Source: Vicugna vicugna (lineage: Eukaryota). From it: DNA of 64,000 nucleotides. Below the pieces are notes generated by a model. It saw only the letters and a list, made by a program, of their open reading frames with translations, had not been told where the DNA came from and ran no database searches. The translations under genes and the position numbers were made by a program. The DNA is taken from assembly GCA_013265495.1 (NCBI GenBank), contig MU061579.1, positions 2,601,319-2,665,318 of the forward strand, read 5' to 3'. Positions 63,515-64,000 of this stretch are shown one piece after another (positions within the stretch are counted from its first letter, which is position 1; every line of letters begins with the position of its first letter).

Positions 63515-63635
63515 TAACCAGAGTTTGAAGCAAGACAGCTCTGAATTCAAGTCCTGCTTTTGATGATTATTGGTTTGGGGAAAAGTATTTAATCTTTCTA
63601 ATTGCCAACGTGAGATGATAATGCAGCTATCCTCT
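63515..63635 (+). mobile_element. MIR fragment
   Basis: agagtttgaagcaagacagctctgaattcaagtcctgct...gggaaaagtatttaatct. Confidence 0.6.
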
Positions 63636-64000
63636 GCTTAACGTCTTTAATCTGTTTCAGAGAAACAGGATTTGCTGCTAGTATCTTCATGGGGAGCATT
63701 TTTTTAGTTCTTCCTTAAGTGCTGTATTGCTTGACCTCTCTATCAAAGTTTATCCAAAAAGTAAATTATTTTTGCAGAAGCAAGGAATAAAGCAAATTGT
63801 AGAATAGAAATAAGACGTGTCACATTTTCACCTTGGTTGGGGAAGGAAGGGAAGAGTGGGCTGGAGGAAGTCCGATAGCAGTGCTGTTCACTACCAGGGC
63901 GTCAATTCTAGGTACTCTTAAGTTGTTTCTGTTTAGTGTCACCATTATTCAGGTGAACAGGCACATACCTTGGTCTAAACGCTGATTCTATGAATTCTTA

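Noticed and set aside
1..64000. Prokaryotic-type systems (operons, CRISPR arrays, defence islands)
   Set aside because: The window is mammalian repeat-rich DNA with no long ORFs and no regularly spaced repeat-spacer array.

Overview
AT-rich, CpG-depleted mammalian nuclear DNA, very probably camelid (camel/alpaca/llama). The evidence is a tRNA-Ala-derived Vic-1-type SINE and two young L1 3' ends of the type I associate with camelids. About half the window is recognisable interspersed repeat: an ERVL provirus remnant (LTR16-type LTR plus internal region), four MLT2 LTRs, several MLT1 LTRs, a solo ERV1-type LTR, a 5.3-kb degenerate ERV1 provirus (5' LTR, tRNA-Ser PBS, gag and integrase remnants), many L1/L2/MIR fragments, and hAT-Charlie and Tigger DNA transposons. 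No intact protein-coding gene could be identified, and none of the supplied ORFs is a credible standalone gene. A few short, splice-signal-flanked candidate exons on the minus strand end in a plausible polyadenylated terminal exon near 5.9 kb and may belong to an unidentified spliced transcript (low confidence). Most notable: a cluster of three perfect STAT/GAS motifs in CpG-retaining unique DNA (9.0-9.3 kb), a 1-kb doubly deleted L1 with a degenerate TSD, a 251-bp poly(A)-tailed non-TE insert splitting an MLT1 LTR, a 400-bp unexplained insert in an old L1, and two CpG-rich patches inside ancient repeats. Repeat family names come from recalled consensus sequences, not a database search; most boundaries are approximate. 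I found no evidence of a novel multi-gene system.
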